This document shows positions 22,633-33,999 of a DNA stretch of 64,000 bases, piece after piece (the stretch's first letter is position 1; every line of letters begins with the position of its first letter). The notes below the pieces were generated by a model. It saw only the letters and a program-made list of their open reading frames with translations. It ran no database searches and was not told the origin of the DNA. A program made the position numbers and the translations under genes. The DNA is from Cyanobacteria bacterium P01_A01_bin.123 (GTDB lineage Bacteria > Cyanobacteriota > Cyanobacteriia > Phormidesmidales > Phormidesmidaceae), in contig JBCBZT010000018.1 in NCBI GenBank assembly GCA_039815185.1, positions 66,994 through 130,993 on the forward strand, in the 5' to 3' direction.

Positions 22633-22896
22633 ATGGCACCTAAAGTTGAGATCTACACCTGGAGTACCTGCCCTTTCTGTATTCGAGCTAAAGCGCTGCT
22701 TGATCGAAAAGAGATTGCGTATACCGAATACTGTATCGATGGAGATGAAATCGCTCGGGCTGAAATGGCTAAGCGAGCCAATGGTCGCCGTTCTTTACCC
22801 CAAATCTTCATTGCCGATCGGCACATTGGGGGGTGTGATGAGATGCATGCCCTAGAGGCTGGTGGCAAACTTGACCCTATGCTGCAAGCGGCTTGA
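22633..22896 (+). CDS. grxC: Glutaredoxin 3
   Basis: CPFC, SLPQIFI, IGGCD. Confidence 0.93.
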   Translation: MAPKVEIYTWSTCPFCIRAKALLDRKEIAYTEYCIDGDEIARAEMAKRANGRRSLPQIFIADRHIGGCDEMHALEAGGKLDPMLQAA

Positions 22897-23049
22897 GGCG
22901 TTGCTCGAAGGTCTTTGTTGCGATTTAGGCAGTGGGATTAAATTGCTGAGCAGATAGGAAAGAGCCTAGTTTTGCCGAGTAGCAATCTTGAATTAGCCAG
23001 AGAATGCTAAAACAAGGGCAGGCTGTTCGCTAAATCTCTGGGCAGATCG

Positions 23050-23406
23050 ATGCAAAATACCCGTCTCAATACCCTCATTAATGCCCTAGGCAGTCGCTTG
23101 GGAGAATGGTTGTTCAATCCCTGGCGACGTTTGTCTTTGGGCATTATTAGCTTATTGTTTGGCAATTTCTTCGCGATTTCGATTTCCTCGATTGCGGGGC
23201 AAACTGCCGACTTAGACGTGGTGATTTCGCTATTTTTGCTGTTGTTTGTTGAAATTGTCAGTCGTTGGGTTTACGGTACGCCACGTTCTGTGACGCCATC
23301 TGGAGCAGCGTCCAAGCCACGAGCGCTATTTTTAGAAATGCTCAATGCCTTTAAGCTAGGCATGGTCTATGGCCTATTCGTTGAAGCCTTTAAGCTTGGC
23401 AGTTAA
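23050..23406 (+). CDS. ycf20: Ycf20/DUF565 family protein
   Basis: MQNTRL...NPWRR...[12 protein letters not shown]. Confidence 0.9.
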   Translation: MQNTRLNTLINALGSRLGEWLFNPWRRLSLGIISLLFGNFFAISISSIAGQTADLDVVISLFLLLFVEIVSRWVYGTPRSVTPSGAASKPRALFLEMLNAFKLGMVYGLFVEAFKLGS

Positions 23407-24044
23407 GGTTCAACGCCCAGGTTGCGGCGCAGGTTTGCGGCTTTATGGGCGATCGCGTCCCAATCTCCTTGACGCAATGCCGCTTGAGGAAATAAATCGC
23501 TAGAGACCCCCACTGCGATCGCCCCTGATGTCAACAAATCTGGGGCATTGGTTGTGGTCACGCCGCCCGTTGGAATGAGCGGGATATGACCCAAGGGGCC
23601 CTGCAAGGCCTTTAGATAGACGGGCCCTCCCATCACTGAGATCGGAAAAATCTTTACACTGGCTGCTCCTGCTTGCCAAGCAGTCACAATTTCTGAGGGA
23701 GTGAGTGCACCGGGAATAAACGGCAAATTGCAGGTTCCAGCGTAATCAATCAAAGTCGGATCAGTGTGGGGGGAAAAACAAAATTTTGCCCCGGCTGCGA
23801 TCGCCCGTTTCAAATCCGTTAGGGTTAGCAAGGTACCTGTTCCGATTGTGCAGTGAGGCAGGCTAGCACTCAGGGTTTCAACCAACGTTTCGGGCTGGGG
23901 ACTGTTCCAGGTGATTTCGATCAGCGTAAGGCCGCCTTGGGCAACTGCCTTGGCCATGGCTACCCCAGTTTCAAAAGAGGGGGCGCGGACAACGGCGATC
24001 GCTTTGGCCTGTCTTACCAAGCCACACCAAGCTTGCCTATCCAT
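23403..24044 (-). CDS. eda: KDPG/KHG aldolase
   Basis: [29 protein letters not shown]; likely start MDRQ at 24044. Confidence 0.9.
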   Translation of the reverse strand: MDRQAWCGLVRQAKAIAVVRAPSFETGVAMAKAVAQGGLTLIEITWNSPQPETLVETLSASLPHCTIGTGTLLTLTDLKRAIAAGAKFCFSPHTDPTLIDYAGTCNLPFIPGALTPSEIVTAWQAGAASVKIFPISVMGGPVYLKALQGPLGHIPLIPTGGVTTTNAPDLLTSGAIAVGVSSDLFPQAALRQGDWDAIAHKAANLRRNLGVEP

Positions 24045-24822
24045 CCAAATTGGCGGATCTGGTTGTCGATGTTCCACCACCTTGGGCTGCAGCTTCACTC
24101 ATTAGTGATATAACAATCACGGTGATGTTATCGCGCCCGCCCCGTTGCTTGGCCGAACTCACTAGAGCGGCAGCGGCGGTTTCACATCCTCGAATGGTTT
24201 TCAAGTGAGAGGCAATCAGGTGATCAGAGAGTTCTTCCGTTAAGCCATCGCTGCACAACAATAGACGATCGCCCGCTTGAATCTCAAAGGGCTGAACATC
24301 AATTTGATACAAATCCTCTCGCCCCAAGCATTGGGAGAGTACATGTCGCCATGGGTGACTTCGTGATTGAGCAATAGTCAGCTCTCCCTCTCGAATAGCT
24401 CGGGCAACCCAGGTATGGTCTTGGGTAATCTGATCTAATTTTGCGCCCCGTAACCGATACAGTCGGGAATCTCCCACATGGGCGCACCAGGGTTGATCTT
24501 CATCCCGAAAAATCAGCGTTACTGCAGTGGTTCCCATGTCTGCCCGGTCGGGATGGAGCAGTTGATCTTTGACAATGGCTTCATTGGCCATAACGCAAGC
24601 TTGATCAAGCAGCGCCTCAGAAGACATATCACTGGTCCAGTGTTTGTCTAGATAGGAGCGAATTTCGTCCGTTGCAATCCGACTCGCTTCTTGTCCCCCA
24701 GCATGTCCCCCCATGCCATCGGCCACAATAAAAAAGCGCCCCGCATCATCAATATAGTAAGCATCCTGATTGCTTGAACGAATCAAGCCTGGGTCAGTCA
24801 GCCCTGCAAACACACGTTTCAT
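24037..24822 (-). CDS. PP2C-family Ser/Thr phosphatase (PphA-like)
   Basis: [31 protein letters not shown]. Confidence 0.92.
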   Translation of the reverse strand: MKRVFAGLTDPGLIRSSNQDAYYIDDAGRFFIVADGMGGHAGGQEASRIATDEIRSYLDKHWTSDMSSEALLDQACVMANEAIVKDQLLHPDRADMGTTAVTLIFRDEDQPWCAHVGDSRLYRLRGAKLDQITQDHTWVARAIREGELTIAQSRSHPWRHVLSQCLGREDLYQIDVQPFEIQAGDRLLLCSDGLTEELSDHLIASHLKTIRGCETAAAALVSSAKQRGGRDNITVIVISLMSEAAAQGGGTSTTRSANLDG

Positions 24823-24918
24823 CTCGGATCTGATCCCTCCTGGGCGACGGGCGTTACGGGTTGCCCCTACAGAGGATGGGTTGCAAACAAATATTGCGTT
24901 CCTTCCAGGAGCAGCGGA

Positions 24919-26835
24919 TTAAGGCATGCGCTCGGCACGGGCTAGACGCAACATCAGGCGAACTAAGGCAACGCCAGCCAAAGCTGCGATCGCAGCCGCT
25001 ACTAAGGCTAACCAAGGAAATTGGTGAACTAGTAAGAGCGTTGCCGATAGCGTAAATGTACCCACCAACAGCGTGTAATTGGTCGCCATATTAACACCGC
25101 TTACCCGCCGCAAGATCCGATCGGTTTCAATAGAACGAACCCGAACTCGCACATCTCCCCGTTCAAGTTTCTCTAAAGTATCCTCTAAGCGACGGGGCAG
25201 CCCCAAAGCGGTGCTACTCATCTGAGCTGCTTGTCGACTCAGCTCACCAAATAATCCGTTGGGGTCTGAAGAATTTCCGCTAGTCATAAGTTCGTTCGCA
25301 AAGGGCTTGGCCGCTTCCATAAAGTTAAATTCGGGATCTAGCCCCTTACCGACTCCTTCTAGAGTAGAAAAGGCGCGCATAACAAAGGTAAAAGTTGCTG
25401 GGAACCTGAAAGGCTGATCGTAGGCGATCGCATACAAATCATCACTGATAGCGGCCACCGACTGTTGCTCAAAGGGCTGATCCATCAAGTTATCCAGAAT
25501 ATACTGAATTGAGCGACGGACAGGCCCCATATCGTCGGTTTCAGCCAGCGCACCCAGCTCGATCAAAGAGCGCATTACCCGTTCAGCATCTTTCTGAGCA
25601 ACGCCAAAGAAAGTTTGCATCAAGCGCTCTCGGGTAATGGGTTGCACCTCACCCATCATGCCAAAGTCATAAAATATTAATGATCCATTGGGGCTCACTG
25701 CAATGTTGCCAGGATGGGGATCAGCATGGAAAAAGCCATCGTTTAAGAGCTGATGAAGATAGGCTTGGGCGCCTAAGTGGGCCAGTCTGCTTCGATCTAG
25801 CCCCGCTGCTTCTAGAGCCTCGTAGTGGCTAATCTTAATGCCTGGTAAGTATTCTAAAGTCAAAACCCGGGGGGAAGCATAGCGCCAGTAAACCCGAGGC
25901 ACGTAGACCCAATCTTCTTGGTTAAAATTGCGTCGGAAGGTGTCTGCGTTACGCCCTTCGTTGAGATAGTCGATTTCCAACCATAGGATGCGGCAACACT
26001 CACCATAAATGCCCAGCCAATCTCGCCCCCGGCCCCACTCGGGGTGACTTTGAAAGTATTTGGCAATGCCCTTGAGGATAGCTAAATCAATCTCAAATAA
26101 GCGTTTTAGCCCAGGCCGTTGGACTTTAACCACCACCTCTTCCCCAGAGTGTAGGTGGGCTCGGTGAACCTGACCCAAACTGGCTGCTGCTAAAGGAATT
26201 GGATCAAAACTCTGGTAGAGCGTTTGAATCGGCTTACCCAAGTCTGATTCGATAATCTGCTTGGCCTGTTCGTAGCTAAAAGCAGGCACTCGATCTTGCA
26301 GCTTTGAAAGTTCTTCAACATATTCCGTGGGAAACAAATCTGCCCGAGTTGAAAATAACTGACCAACCTTAATAAAAGTTGGGCCGAGATTCAGCAGGGT
26401 CTCTCGAATCCAGATGGCCTGGCGTCGCCGCCTCAGGGCTTGCTTCTCTGGGGTGAGTTGGGCATTGCTATAACTCCAAGCTTTGCCGTAGGCCCAACGG
26501 GCCGTCAGCAGCCGCAATACAAACGACCAAATATCAACAAACCGTCGCGATTTAGAGTAACGGTTTTGGTTCCATCGGTAGGCGTTATCGGTGTAGTACT
26601 TAGGTAACTCTCTAGTTTGGCTATCAATGGGTGGCTTAACATTTATCAAAGTTTCTGGGCCATTAATACCCAAGGGCGGGTGCTCTAAATCCCCGGGTAC
26701 ATCTTCTTCTAAATGATTACCTAAATCGGTTGAAGCCAACGACTCAGTCGAAAGATGCCCATCATTGTCCATCCGGGTAGCGTCGTCAACTGTGGAAAAT
26801 TCAGATGCAATGGGGTCTTTCGACAGGGCAGACAC
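24919..26835 (-). CDS. AarF/ABC1/UbiB atypical kinase
   Basis: LGPTFIKVGQ, AAASLGQVH, VKVQRP, HADPHPGN, DFG. Confidence 0.93.
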   Translation of the reverse strand: MSALSKDPIASEFSTVDDATRMDNDGHLSTESLASTDLGNHLEEDVPGDLEHPPLGINGPETLINVKPPIDSQTRELPKYYTDNAYRWNQNRYSKSRRFVDIWSFVLRLLTARWAYGKAWSYSNAQLTPEKQALRRRRQAIWIRETLLNLGPTFIKVGQLFSTRADLFPTEYVEELSKLQDRVPAFSYEQAKQIIESDLGKPIQTLYQSFDPIPLAAASLGQVHRAHLHSGEEVVVKVQRPGLKRLFEIDLAILKGIAKYFQSHPEWGRGRDWLGIYGECCRILWLEIDYLNEGRNADTFRRNFNQEDWVYVPRVYWRYASPRVLTLEYLPGIKISHYEALEAAGLDRSRLAHLGAQAYLHQLLNDGFFHADPHPGNIAVSPNGSLIFYDFGMMGEVQPITRERLMQTFFGVAQKDAERVMRSLIELGALAETDDMGPVRRSIQYILDNLMDQPFEQQSVAAISDDLYAIAYDQPFRFPATFTFVMRAFSTLEGVGKGLDPEFNFMEAAKPFANELMTSGNSSDPNGLFGELSRQAAQMSSTALGLPRRLEDTLEKLERGDVRVRVRSIETDRILRRVSGVNMATNYTLLVGTFTLSATLLLVHQFPWLALVAAAIAALAGVALVRLMLRLARAERMP

Positions 26836-26972
26836 TCAGGCTCCTATAGCTAACAGCTAACGTGTTTGTAAATGAAAGGTTTACGACTTTGGTTTGAATT
26901 AAAATCAACCCCTGGTTTGAACAAGTCTCGGTCGAATATTCATGCTAAGGGAGACCGCTCAACATAAGCAGG

Positions 26973-27299
26973 CTAAGAGGCAGCGCGATGCTGCTGGAGG
27001 GTCGCTCGCACTTGAGCGATCTCGGCTCTCAAATTGTCAATGGTTGCCTGGAGATCTTGGTTGGCAGGCGTCGTAGCTGACGAACTCTCAGTACCGGGTC
27101 GAGTATCCATCGCAGCAGCTTCTTCTTGCTGGGCTCGAACCATGACCTCTTCGGTAAACTGACGCAGGTTTTCCCGCTGTTCAGCATCGAACCTACCGAG
27201 AGCACTGAGGCTATCCGTCATCAAATGCTCAACCCGCTCACCAACTGCGGCAGCTAGGGCTCGACCAATAAAAAAGGCATGAACCATGGGATTGCTCAT
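26973..27299 (-). CDS. Conserved cyanobacterial protein (DUF6825-like)
   Basis: AFFIGRALA...LRQFTEEV..RA...DLQATIDNLRAEIA. Confidence 0.7.
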   Translation of the reverse strand: MSNPMVHAFFIGRALAAAVGERVEHLMTDSLSALGRFDAEQRENLRQFTEEVMVRAQQEEAAAMDTRPGTESSSATTPANQDLQATIDNLRAEIAQVRATLQQHRAAS

Positions 27300-27409
27300 A
27301 GCAAATGATAACTTTGATGGGCTTCTGCAACAAATTATAACAAAATTGCACCCTTTATCTCAGCATTCCCAGAAACTCACAGGCTTATCTCTAATCCAAC
27401 TTTAAAGGA

Positions 27410-29125
27410 TTACTCGGTCGACATTGACGCTTGCGGCAAAGAAATCGGCGGGAGGCCAGCCTCGTCATCCCCTTGATTTTCACTATCAGGGGGTGTAACA
27501 ACAGGGGCTTCGGGTTGGACAGAGCCCGCTGGATTGGGAAACGTTTCTGCCGGGGGTGGCAACTTAGGCGAAATATCTATGTCTGGGAAATTGCTCGGAT
27601 TATCGACTTCGAGGTTAGGAGCCTCGCGGTCTAAAAGCTCGTTGTCATCGTCTGCACTGGTCTCTAGGGGTGGGTTAGAGATCTCATCATTGGTCGTTTC
27701 AGGTTGAGATTCGGCGTTCGAGGGCGGGGAGGAATTGACCGGGGAAATCGGTGCAGTGTTGATATTGTGTGGGTTGGGGTTGGTTTCGAGGGGCCCATCA
27801 TAGTATGAGTTAAAGTCTGATGTGTCTTCTACGATGGGCCAGTTTGATTGGGGTGGAAAGGCTTGTTCTGGGTTCAAGCGGATGCCTGAAGTTTGAGGCA
27901 GGGCAGAAAAGCGCAGCATACTGCCGAATCCAATGCCGAGCAACCCTGCGATACCGGCTACCGATAGTATGATCGGTATTCGCCTGATGGTTGGTTGATT
28001 TCGGGGTTGCGCTGGCTTGGGAGTTATTTCGGTGGGCGTGGAGGATGGCGTGGTGGTGGCTCTGCCAGACGGGGCTCTAGCCATTGCAGGCTGGAGGTTG
28101 ATGGGACGAGACTCCTGACTACTGCTGCTGGTTTGAGGGGGTAGCTCGGTGATTACCTCTCCGGTGATTGTCGTTGAATTGGGGTGGGAAATTAAAGCGG
28201 GTGATAAGGGGGCTGTAATGTTAACTGGGGATGCTTTCGGCAGTCCTGGCAATTTAAGCCCGATTGCAGCCTTGGCGACGCTAGAGGTTGCCGAGTCTTG
28301 GGGTTGGCTCGCTTCAGCTTGGCGGATCAATCTGGGCTCAATGGCTTGAGAGAACTTTTGGAATAAATCTAACTGGTTGATCCGGCCAGAGGATTCACCT
28401 GCAGCGGGTGAAAGGGCTGTCCTGATTGCTTGAATTAAGGTGTTACTGACGCTGGGTTGAAGTTGCTGGACTAGCGCTAGTTGGTGTTCAACTGGCGCAT
28501 CAGATAAGACCCCTGTGAGTAGATAAATCAGCAATATGGCTGCAGTTCTTGCATCTGCCCCGTGTTGAAATGCTGCCGTCAACGTCGATGGAGATGACTT
28601 TGGATAATCGTTGAGGCCCCCCGGAAATAACCCTTTGGGGCGGAGGAGTTCTGTGATGTAAAGGCAGTGAGTCTTGGGCTCGAATCGCAGACTTTGAGGA
28701 TGGAGGTTGACCTCAGGTAAATGTAACTGATGAGAAACCTGAGCGCCTCCAAGCAATCGATCGAGATGATGCAGGGCTTGAACTTCTGTAAACGGCTTTG
28801 CCCGGGCTAGATATTGGGCTAGGGTTGGCGGATAGGCGGGTTGCACCAATACCAATTCACCCTCTGCTTGAAAGGCGGCTAGCGGTGTCAGAATGTTGTA
28901 CTGCTTGTGAGCCAGTTGGTTTAGTTTTTCAATGGCTGCGATGTAAGACTTTGCGGCTTCAGTTTGGTCAGGGCTATCAGGCGCGATCGCGGCAATGGGC
29001 TTTAACCATACTGGTTGGCCCGTCATGATTTGAGTTGCGGCATAAATCTGAGACGGATACTGGGATGCGATCGCATCAATTACGTAGTTTCCATTTTGCA
29101 GTGCAGTGCCAACTGTCCATGTCAT
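27410..29125 (-). CDS. Degenerate kinase-like membrane protein with Pro-rich tail
   Basis: Kinase-like start (GTALQNGNYVID) but no HRD/DFG; one TM segment; low-complexity C-terminus. Confidence 0.6.
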   Translation of the reverse strand: MTWTVGTALQNGNYVIDAIASQYPSQIYAATQIMTGQPVWLKPIAAIAPDSPDQTEAAKSYIAAIEKLNQLAHKQYNILTPLAAFQAEGELVLVQPAYPPTLAQYLARAKPFTEVQALHHLDRLLGGAQVSHQLHLPEVNLHPQSLRFEPKTHCLYITELLRPKGLFPGGLNDYPKSSPSTLTAAFQHGADARTAAILLIYLLTGVLSDAPVEHQLALVQQLQPSVSNTLIQAIRTALSPAAGESSGRINQLDLFQKFSQAIEPRLIRQAEASQPQDSATSSVAKAAIGLKLPGLPKASPVNITAPLSPALISHPNSTTITGEVITELPPQTSSSSQESRPINLQPAMARAPSGRATTTPSSTPTEITPKPAQPRNQPTIRRIPIILSVAGIAGLLGIGFGSMLRFSALPQTSGIRLNPEQAFPPQSNWPIVEDTSDFNSYYDGPLETNPNPHNINTAPISPVNSSPPSNAESQPETTNDEISNPPLETSADDDNELLDREAPNLEVDNPSNFPDIDISPKLPPPAETFPNPAGSVQPEAPVVTPPDSENQGDDEAGLPPISLPQASMSTE

Positions 29126-29192
29126 GACGTTGAAAAATTAAAGCGATTTTAACGATTGATTCTTCGTCCCATCCTAGCGTGTTCAGGAATCC

Positions 29193-32009
29193 TCATTTCA
29201 GAGGATAGTGGGTTTCTAAAAAAGCCACTGCCTGATCACGGCGGGCAATCTGACCGTCTAAGGTGGCGTTGAGTAGCGCATCCAGCAGAACTTTGAAATT
29301 TTCTCCGGGATGATAACCGAGTTGTTTCAAGTCATGGCCATTCAGTGGCGCTTTGACCGCTGCCCACGTGGTGAGATAGATCCAAATCTTTTGACCTAGG
29401 GGTCGGGGATGTCGAGCGCTAATCAGCAGCAGGGTTGCTAAATCGCGATCGCGTAGGTGTTGAGCGATCTGACTGGGGCGATCGCAGTTAAGCAAGACAG
29501 TCGTCAGATGAGTTTCGGCATCCTCTATGTGCGTGAGGCGGTCAATGCTGTCGTCGGATAACTGTAGGTTTTGGGCGACTTGACGCCTTACCACTGGAGC
29601 TAACTGGGTTAACAACACCTCTAAGCGCATTTGCCAGGGAATCAGTTGAGTTTGGAACTGGAAGCGCTCCATCCAGCGGGTGATGCGGCGGAGTTGATGC
29701 CACAGGCGATCGCTCATTGCTAGGCTACTGTGCAGACACTTGAGTGCGCCTAACTTATCCAGTAGGCTTAAGGCACTTTGCCAGTAGTCTGCGGCAAAAA
29801 TATACTTGAGTTCTCGTTTGAGTCGAGTTTGCAGGGCTGGAACTTCAGCGACTTGGGCCTGCATTTTGGCATAGATGCCGCTGTCGATGGCGTGATGAAT
29901 AAATCCTTCCGTCTGGACTTCGAGGTTGAACCCTAAACGTACGGCAAATCGTACAGCTCGGTAGATTCGGGTGGGGTCTTCAATAAAACTATTGGCGTGC
30001 AGCACCCGAATCTGACCCTGGGCCAAATCAAATCTGCCACCAAAAAAATCAAGCAATACTCCCGGTTTAGGTTCGTTTAATCGCAGGGCCATAGCGTTGA
30101 TGGTAAAGTCACGGCGGTAGAGATCCTGGCGAATTGAACTGGCCTCCACTTCTGGATTCGCCGCTGGGTAAGGATAGAACTCAGTGCGTGCCGTGGCAAT
30201 GTCGATCATCAATGGCCCTAGCTGGGGGTGATCATGCCAAACTAAAGCCGCTGTTTGAAACTTGCCATAGGTTTGCAGTTCCACATCGGGGTAGCGTTGC
30301 CGAATCACATTTGCCAACGCTACCCCGGCCCCGATCTCGACCCGCTGATAAAATCCATCCACAACCAGATCAATGTCGTGGAGGGCGATGGGTTGTGCCG
30401 ATGGGGTCAGCAGCAAGTCTCGAACTGCGCCCCCAACTAGGTAGAGATGCCATCCCTGCTGGCTAGCTTCATGGGAAATTTTCTGCAAAATCGACCACAA
30501 CTCGGGTTGGAGAGCTTGCGCCAATCTCCTGATCAGCGATTCAGATTCAGGTGCCGTGATCACGGCATCAGGGCTGTTGTTTGGTCTATTTGGCGGCTCC
30601 CTGCGGTTGGTGTTGATGCCTTCGATCGCAATTGAGGGGGCTACCAGACGCGTTTGATCCCCAGCCTTATCTTGATGGAGCTGACGTAAGACATCGGTGC
30701 GGGTCACAATGCCAATCAAGTTGCTGTTGTCTAAAACGGGTAGGCGTCCAATATCGTAGGTCACCATTAGCGCTTCAATATCGGGCAAGGGCGTTTCAGG
30801 GGCGATCGTTTTGACTCGGGAGGTCATGTAGCCTTTCACTGGAGCATGGCTAAAACCATGATGCAAGGCCAGATCAATGTCACGACGGGAAATAATTCCC
30901 ACCAGTTGATCCTCGGCATCTACCACAGATAACCCTGAATGACCGTAGCGCAGTAGAATCCGCTGAGCTTCTGAGATCGTCGTTTGGGGGCGGATAGTGC
31001 GCACGGGTGAGGACATTAGATCGCGCGCATTGGGGGGATGGGGAATTTGGTTGCGGCTTTGATCAACCAATTGATCAAAAATTGATTGGGGAGTCGCAGT
31101 TCGTAGGGTTGCAGCGGCAGCAGCAGCATGGCCACCCCCCCCAAAAGGCTGCAGTAAGGTTTGAAAGTTGAGCCCGCCTGTCAATCCGCCTGAGTGGGCT
31201 GTCGTATGAAGCCGCGATCGCCCGATGATCATCAATTTATGATCTTCACCACTGATCGGATAATAAGCGCCCAGCAGCATGACATCGCTGTCCGTCAATG
31301 AGACTAGACGACTGACTAGACTAGAAAGCCCTGGCACGTAGGCTGCGATTTCGATCAGCAGCCAAGAGAATCGCGCCCCGTGATGGATCTCAGTGGTCAG
31401 ACGTTCTAAGGCGATAGGTAATAGGTCTTGCAGTTGGGGGGATAAGCCCGGTTCAACAAACTCTGCGATCGCACGTAAATTCGCACCTTGGATCATGAGC
31501 CAAGCTAAGGCCTGCACATCACGCACAGTAGTTTGCTCAAAGGTCAATGATCCCGTATCCACATGGATCCCTAATGCCATAGCTGTAGCCTCGGCAACGG
31601 TAACCGTCATTTCGGCGGCTTGTAATGCTTCAACAATCAGCGTTGTCGTGGCACCGACAGCTTCAACTTGACGGTGGGTCGCGGGAATATCACTGGCTAT
31701 ATTCAAATGGTGATCGTAGAGCCAGATGGGACATTGTGTTGCTTGTGCGTGCTCAATCCATGGGGCGGCTGCCCCCAAGCGATCGCGACGCTGCGTGTCT
31801 ACCACCATTAACGATCGCATTTGAGCCACATTCACGGCTCGCCGTTCGATCAGCGTGTATTCATCCCGGTGAAAGGCCAAAAAATTCTGGACTGTTGGAT
31901 GGCAGCCGCCAGTCAGCACAATGCGTGCCCCTGGATTCAATCGAGTGAGTCCGATTGCCGCCCCCAAGGTGTCAAAATCAGCGGTTATGTGGCACAACAC
32001 CAAATCCAT
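29193..32009 (-). CDS. DHH-CBS-domain tRNA nucleotidyltransferase (A-adding type)
   Basis: ADFDTLG/DHH domain, GGGH, CBS pair, VGGAVRD, DIDLV, DLYRRDFTINA, EDPTRI. Confidence 0.88.
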   Translation of the reverse strand: MDLVLCHITADFDTLGAAIGLTRLNPGARIVLTGGCHPTVQNFLAFHRDEYTLIERRAVNVAQMRSLMVVDTQRRDRLGAAAPWIEHAQATQCPIWLYDHHLNIASDIPATHRQVEAVGATTTLIVEALQAAEMTVTVAEATAMALGIHVDTGSLTFEQTTVRDVQALAWLMIQGANLRAIAEFVEPGLSPQLQDLLPIALERLTTEIHHGARFSWLLIEIAAYVPGLSSLVSRLVSLTDSDVMLLGAYYPISGEDHKLMIIGRSRLHTTAHSGGLTGGLNFQTLLQPFGGGGHAAAAAATLRTATPQSIFDQLVDQSRNQIPHPPNARDLMSSPVRTIRPQTTISEAQRILLRYGHSGLSVVDAEDQLVGIISRRDIDLALHHGFSHAPVKGYMTSRVKTIAPETPLPDIEALMVTYDIGRLPVLDNSNLIGIVTRTDVLRQLHQDKAGDQTRLVAPSIAIEGINTNRREPPNRPNNSPDAVITAPESESLIRRLAQALQPELWSILQKISHEASQQGWHLYLVGGAVRDLLLTPSAQPIALHDIDLVVDGFYQRVEIGAGVALANVIRQRYPDVELQTYGKFQTAALVWHDHPQLGPLMIDIATARTEFYPYPAANPEVEASSIRQDLYRRDFTINAMALRLNEPKPGVLLDFFGGRFDLAQGQIRVLHANSFIEDPTRIYRAVRFAVRLGFNLEVQTEGFIHHAIDSGIYAKMQAQVAEVPALQTRLKRELKYIFAADYWQSALSLLDKLGALKCLHSSLAMSDRLWHQLRRITRWMERFQFQTQLIPWQMRLEVLLTQLAPVVRRQVAQNLQLSDDSIDRLTHIEDAETHLTTVLLNCDRPSQIAQHLRDRDLATLLLISARHPRPLGQKIWIYLTTWAAVKAPLNGHDLKQLGYHPGENFKVLLDALLNATLDGQIARRDQAVAFLETHYPLK

Positions 32010-32211
32010 AAACTTTCTCAAACGGGGCTGATTTCTGATAGCGTACTCTACAGGGCCACAAAATATGCGACTCCTAGAGGGGGCGTCATTTAGGTCAGCT
32101 AGGGGCTCCGATAGTGAAGTGCGCCTAGCTCAGACTGTGACGTTAATTTAACAATAGACGGTATTTTTATTTTGTCGTCTCTACTTGCTGTATTGGGAGG
32201 GATACCCGAGC

Positions 32212-32400
32212 ATGTCGATTCTGTTTCAAATTGCGCTTTTAGCACTGGTTGTTGTGTCATTCGTGCTGGTGATTGGCGTTCCTGTCGCCTACGCTTTACC
32301 TCAAAATTGGGATCAGTCTAAACGACTCATTTTGTTAGGGTCGATTGTGTGGGGGGTGCTGGTGATTGTCGTTGGTGGTCTAAATTACTTTGTCGTGTAA
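32212..32400 (+). CDS. psbZ: Photosystem II protein Z
   Basis: 62 aa, MSILFQIAL...[13 protein letters not shown]. Confidence 0.93.
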   Translation: MSILFQIALLALVVVSFVLVIGVPVAYALPQNWDQSKRLILLGSIVWGVLVIVVGGLNYFVV

Positions 32401-32418
32401 TCCTTCTTCAGGAGCTTT

Positions 32419-33009
32419 ATGGCAGTTTTCGAAGGTAGCTTTACCGCTGGCACTCCTTTAAGGTTTGCCTTTGTGATTGGGCGTTTTAATGATTTAGTCA
32501 CAGGGAAGCTTCTAGAAGGTTGCCAAGATTGCCTCAAGCGCCACGGTGTTGATGTGAATCCCCAGGGTAGCCAAGTTGACTATGCTTGGGTGCCAGGTAG
32601 CTTTGAGGTACCTCTAGTAGCTCGACAGTTAGCCTTGAGCGGACGTTACGATGCCATTATTTGTTTGGGGGCTGTGATTCGCGGCAGTACTCCCCATTTC
32701 GACTATGTAGCGGCTGAAGTTTCAAAGGGCATTGCTGCGATCGGCATCCAGACTGGTGTACCCGTTATTTTTGGCATCTTGACCACCGATACGATGCAGC
32801 AAGCGTTGGAACGGGCGGGGATCAAGAGTAATAAGGGTTGGGATTACGCTATGAATGCGCTGGAGATGGCGAGTTTGATGCGTCAGATGAAGCAGCTTCT
32901 CCCTGAGAGTGCCGCCAATGGGCTAGTTGGCGGGAATCCTCCTCAACAGCTACCTGGTTCGATCAAGAGTGCGATCGCGCCTGAATATAGCAGCGAAGAA
33001 ATTGTCTAG
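32419..33009 (+). CDS. ribH: 6,7-dimethyl-8-ribityllumazine synthase
   Basis: [36 protein letters not shown]. Confidence 0.96.
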   Translation: MAVFEGSFTAGTPLRFAFVIGRFNDLVTGKLLEGCQDCLKRHGVDVNPQGSQVDYAWVPGSFEVPLVARQLALSGRYDAIICLGAVIRGSTPHFDYVAAEVSKGIAAIGIQTGVPVIFGILTTDTMQQALERAGIKSNKGWDYAMNALEMASLMRQMKQLLPESAANGLVGGNPPQQLPGSIKSAIAPEYSSEEIV

Positions 33010-33186
33010 GTGTTATAGCGGTAGCCACAAAGCTTTGTGCGCTACCGCGAGCCGGATTGCTTGTGAACTAAGTATCCTGGCGATACTCGGTGCATTAAGT
33101 AATCTGGCCAGCGCTATAAACAAAAATGAGCGCGCTAAAATAAAGGTTGACACCGCGCCCTAAATTTGGAATCCTAGATAGGACAT

Positions 33187-33258
33187 GCGGGTATAGCTCA
33201 GTGGTAGAGCGTCACCTTGCCAAGGTGAATGTCGCGCGTTCGAATCGCGTTACCCGCT
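33187..33258 (+). tRNA. trnG: tRNA-Gly(GCC)
   Basis: GCGGGTA acceptor pairs with TACCCGC; anticodon arm TCACC-TTGCCAA-GGTGA; TTCGAAT T-loop; CCA not encoded. Confidence 0.97.
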
Positions 33259-33584
33259 TCTAAAGAGTAGTCTAGGTAGTATGAGCTATTTTTCCATAGC
33301 CATCCTGGTTTGGGCACGGGTGCTAGGATGCCGTGTTAACCGCTTCCATAGAGGGCCTGTGCGGGTTAGATTACCTTGAGGCAACTGTCAGGTCTTGGGT
33401 CAGATGCGTCTAGGTAAAAGTTGGATCCTGATTGAATTTGTCGGCTGAATTAATAAAGGGTAGTTGAAGTCCCTTGTCTTCTCAGACGAGTTTTAGCTAA
33501 TGTAAATCAAGCCTAGTTTACGGTGGCTCGCTGTATTTCTTTATCGCAGCATCTCAACTTAGTTTTTCATCGATACGGCTGCCT

Positions 33585-33995
33585 GTGCGTTCTTCAAAAA
33601 GCCAAAAGATTGACCTCAATGCCGATTATCCCTGTCCTTGTCGTCGTCGGGGGCAGATCGTTCCGATTACGTTGACTGAAGCCTTTGGTTGCGATCGCTG
33701 CCAGCAGATCTTTGTAGTTCGCAATGATAACTACGTGATCGAGCAGCTATCTACCCACTATCCCTATAAGCGGGCCTGGCGCTGGACAGGTCAACAGTGG
33801 ATCTTAGATCGTTCAACCTTGGGCAAAAGCTATTTACCCTTTTTACTGTTTTTGTTGTTTGGTGCGGTCGTATTCGTTTTATTGTTGGCAACATTGCAGC
33901 CACCTGCGGGGGCAGGGGCGGCAGTCAGAATTTTATCGGCGTTGTTTATTTCAATATTGCTTGTCTTTATGTTTTGGTTAGCGTGTCGCCGTTAG
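33585..33995 (+). CDS. Conserved cyanobacterial Zn-ribbon membrane protein
   Basis: YPCPCRR...EAFGCDRC plus two C-terminal TM segments; GTG start. Confidence 0.7.
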   Translation: MRSSKSQKIDLNADYPCPCRRRGQIVPITLTEAFGCDRCQQIFVVRNDNYVIEQLSTHYPYKRAWRWTGQQWILDRSTLGKSYLPFLLFLLFGAVVFVLLLATLQPPAGAGAAVRILSALFISILLVFMFWLACRR

Positions 33996-33999
33996 CACA

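Noticed and set aside
33187..33300. tRNA-Gly as integration site for the island
   Set aside because: No duplicated tRNA 3' end or integrase seen, and core genes follow the tRNA.
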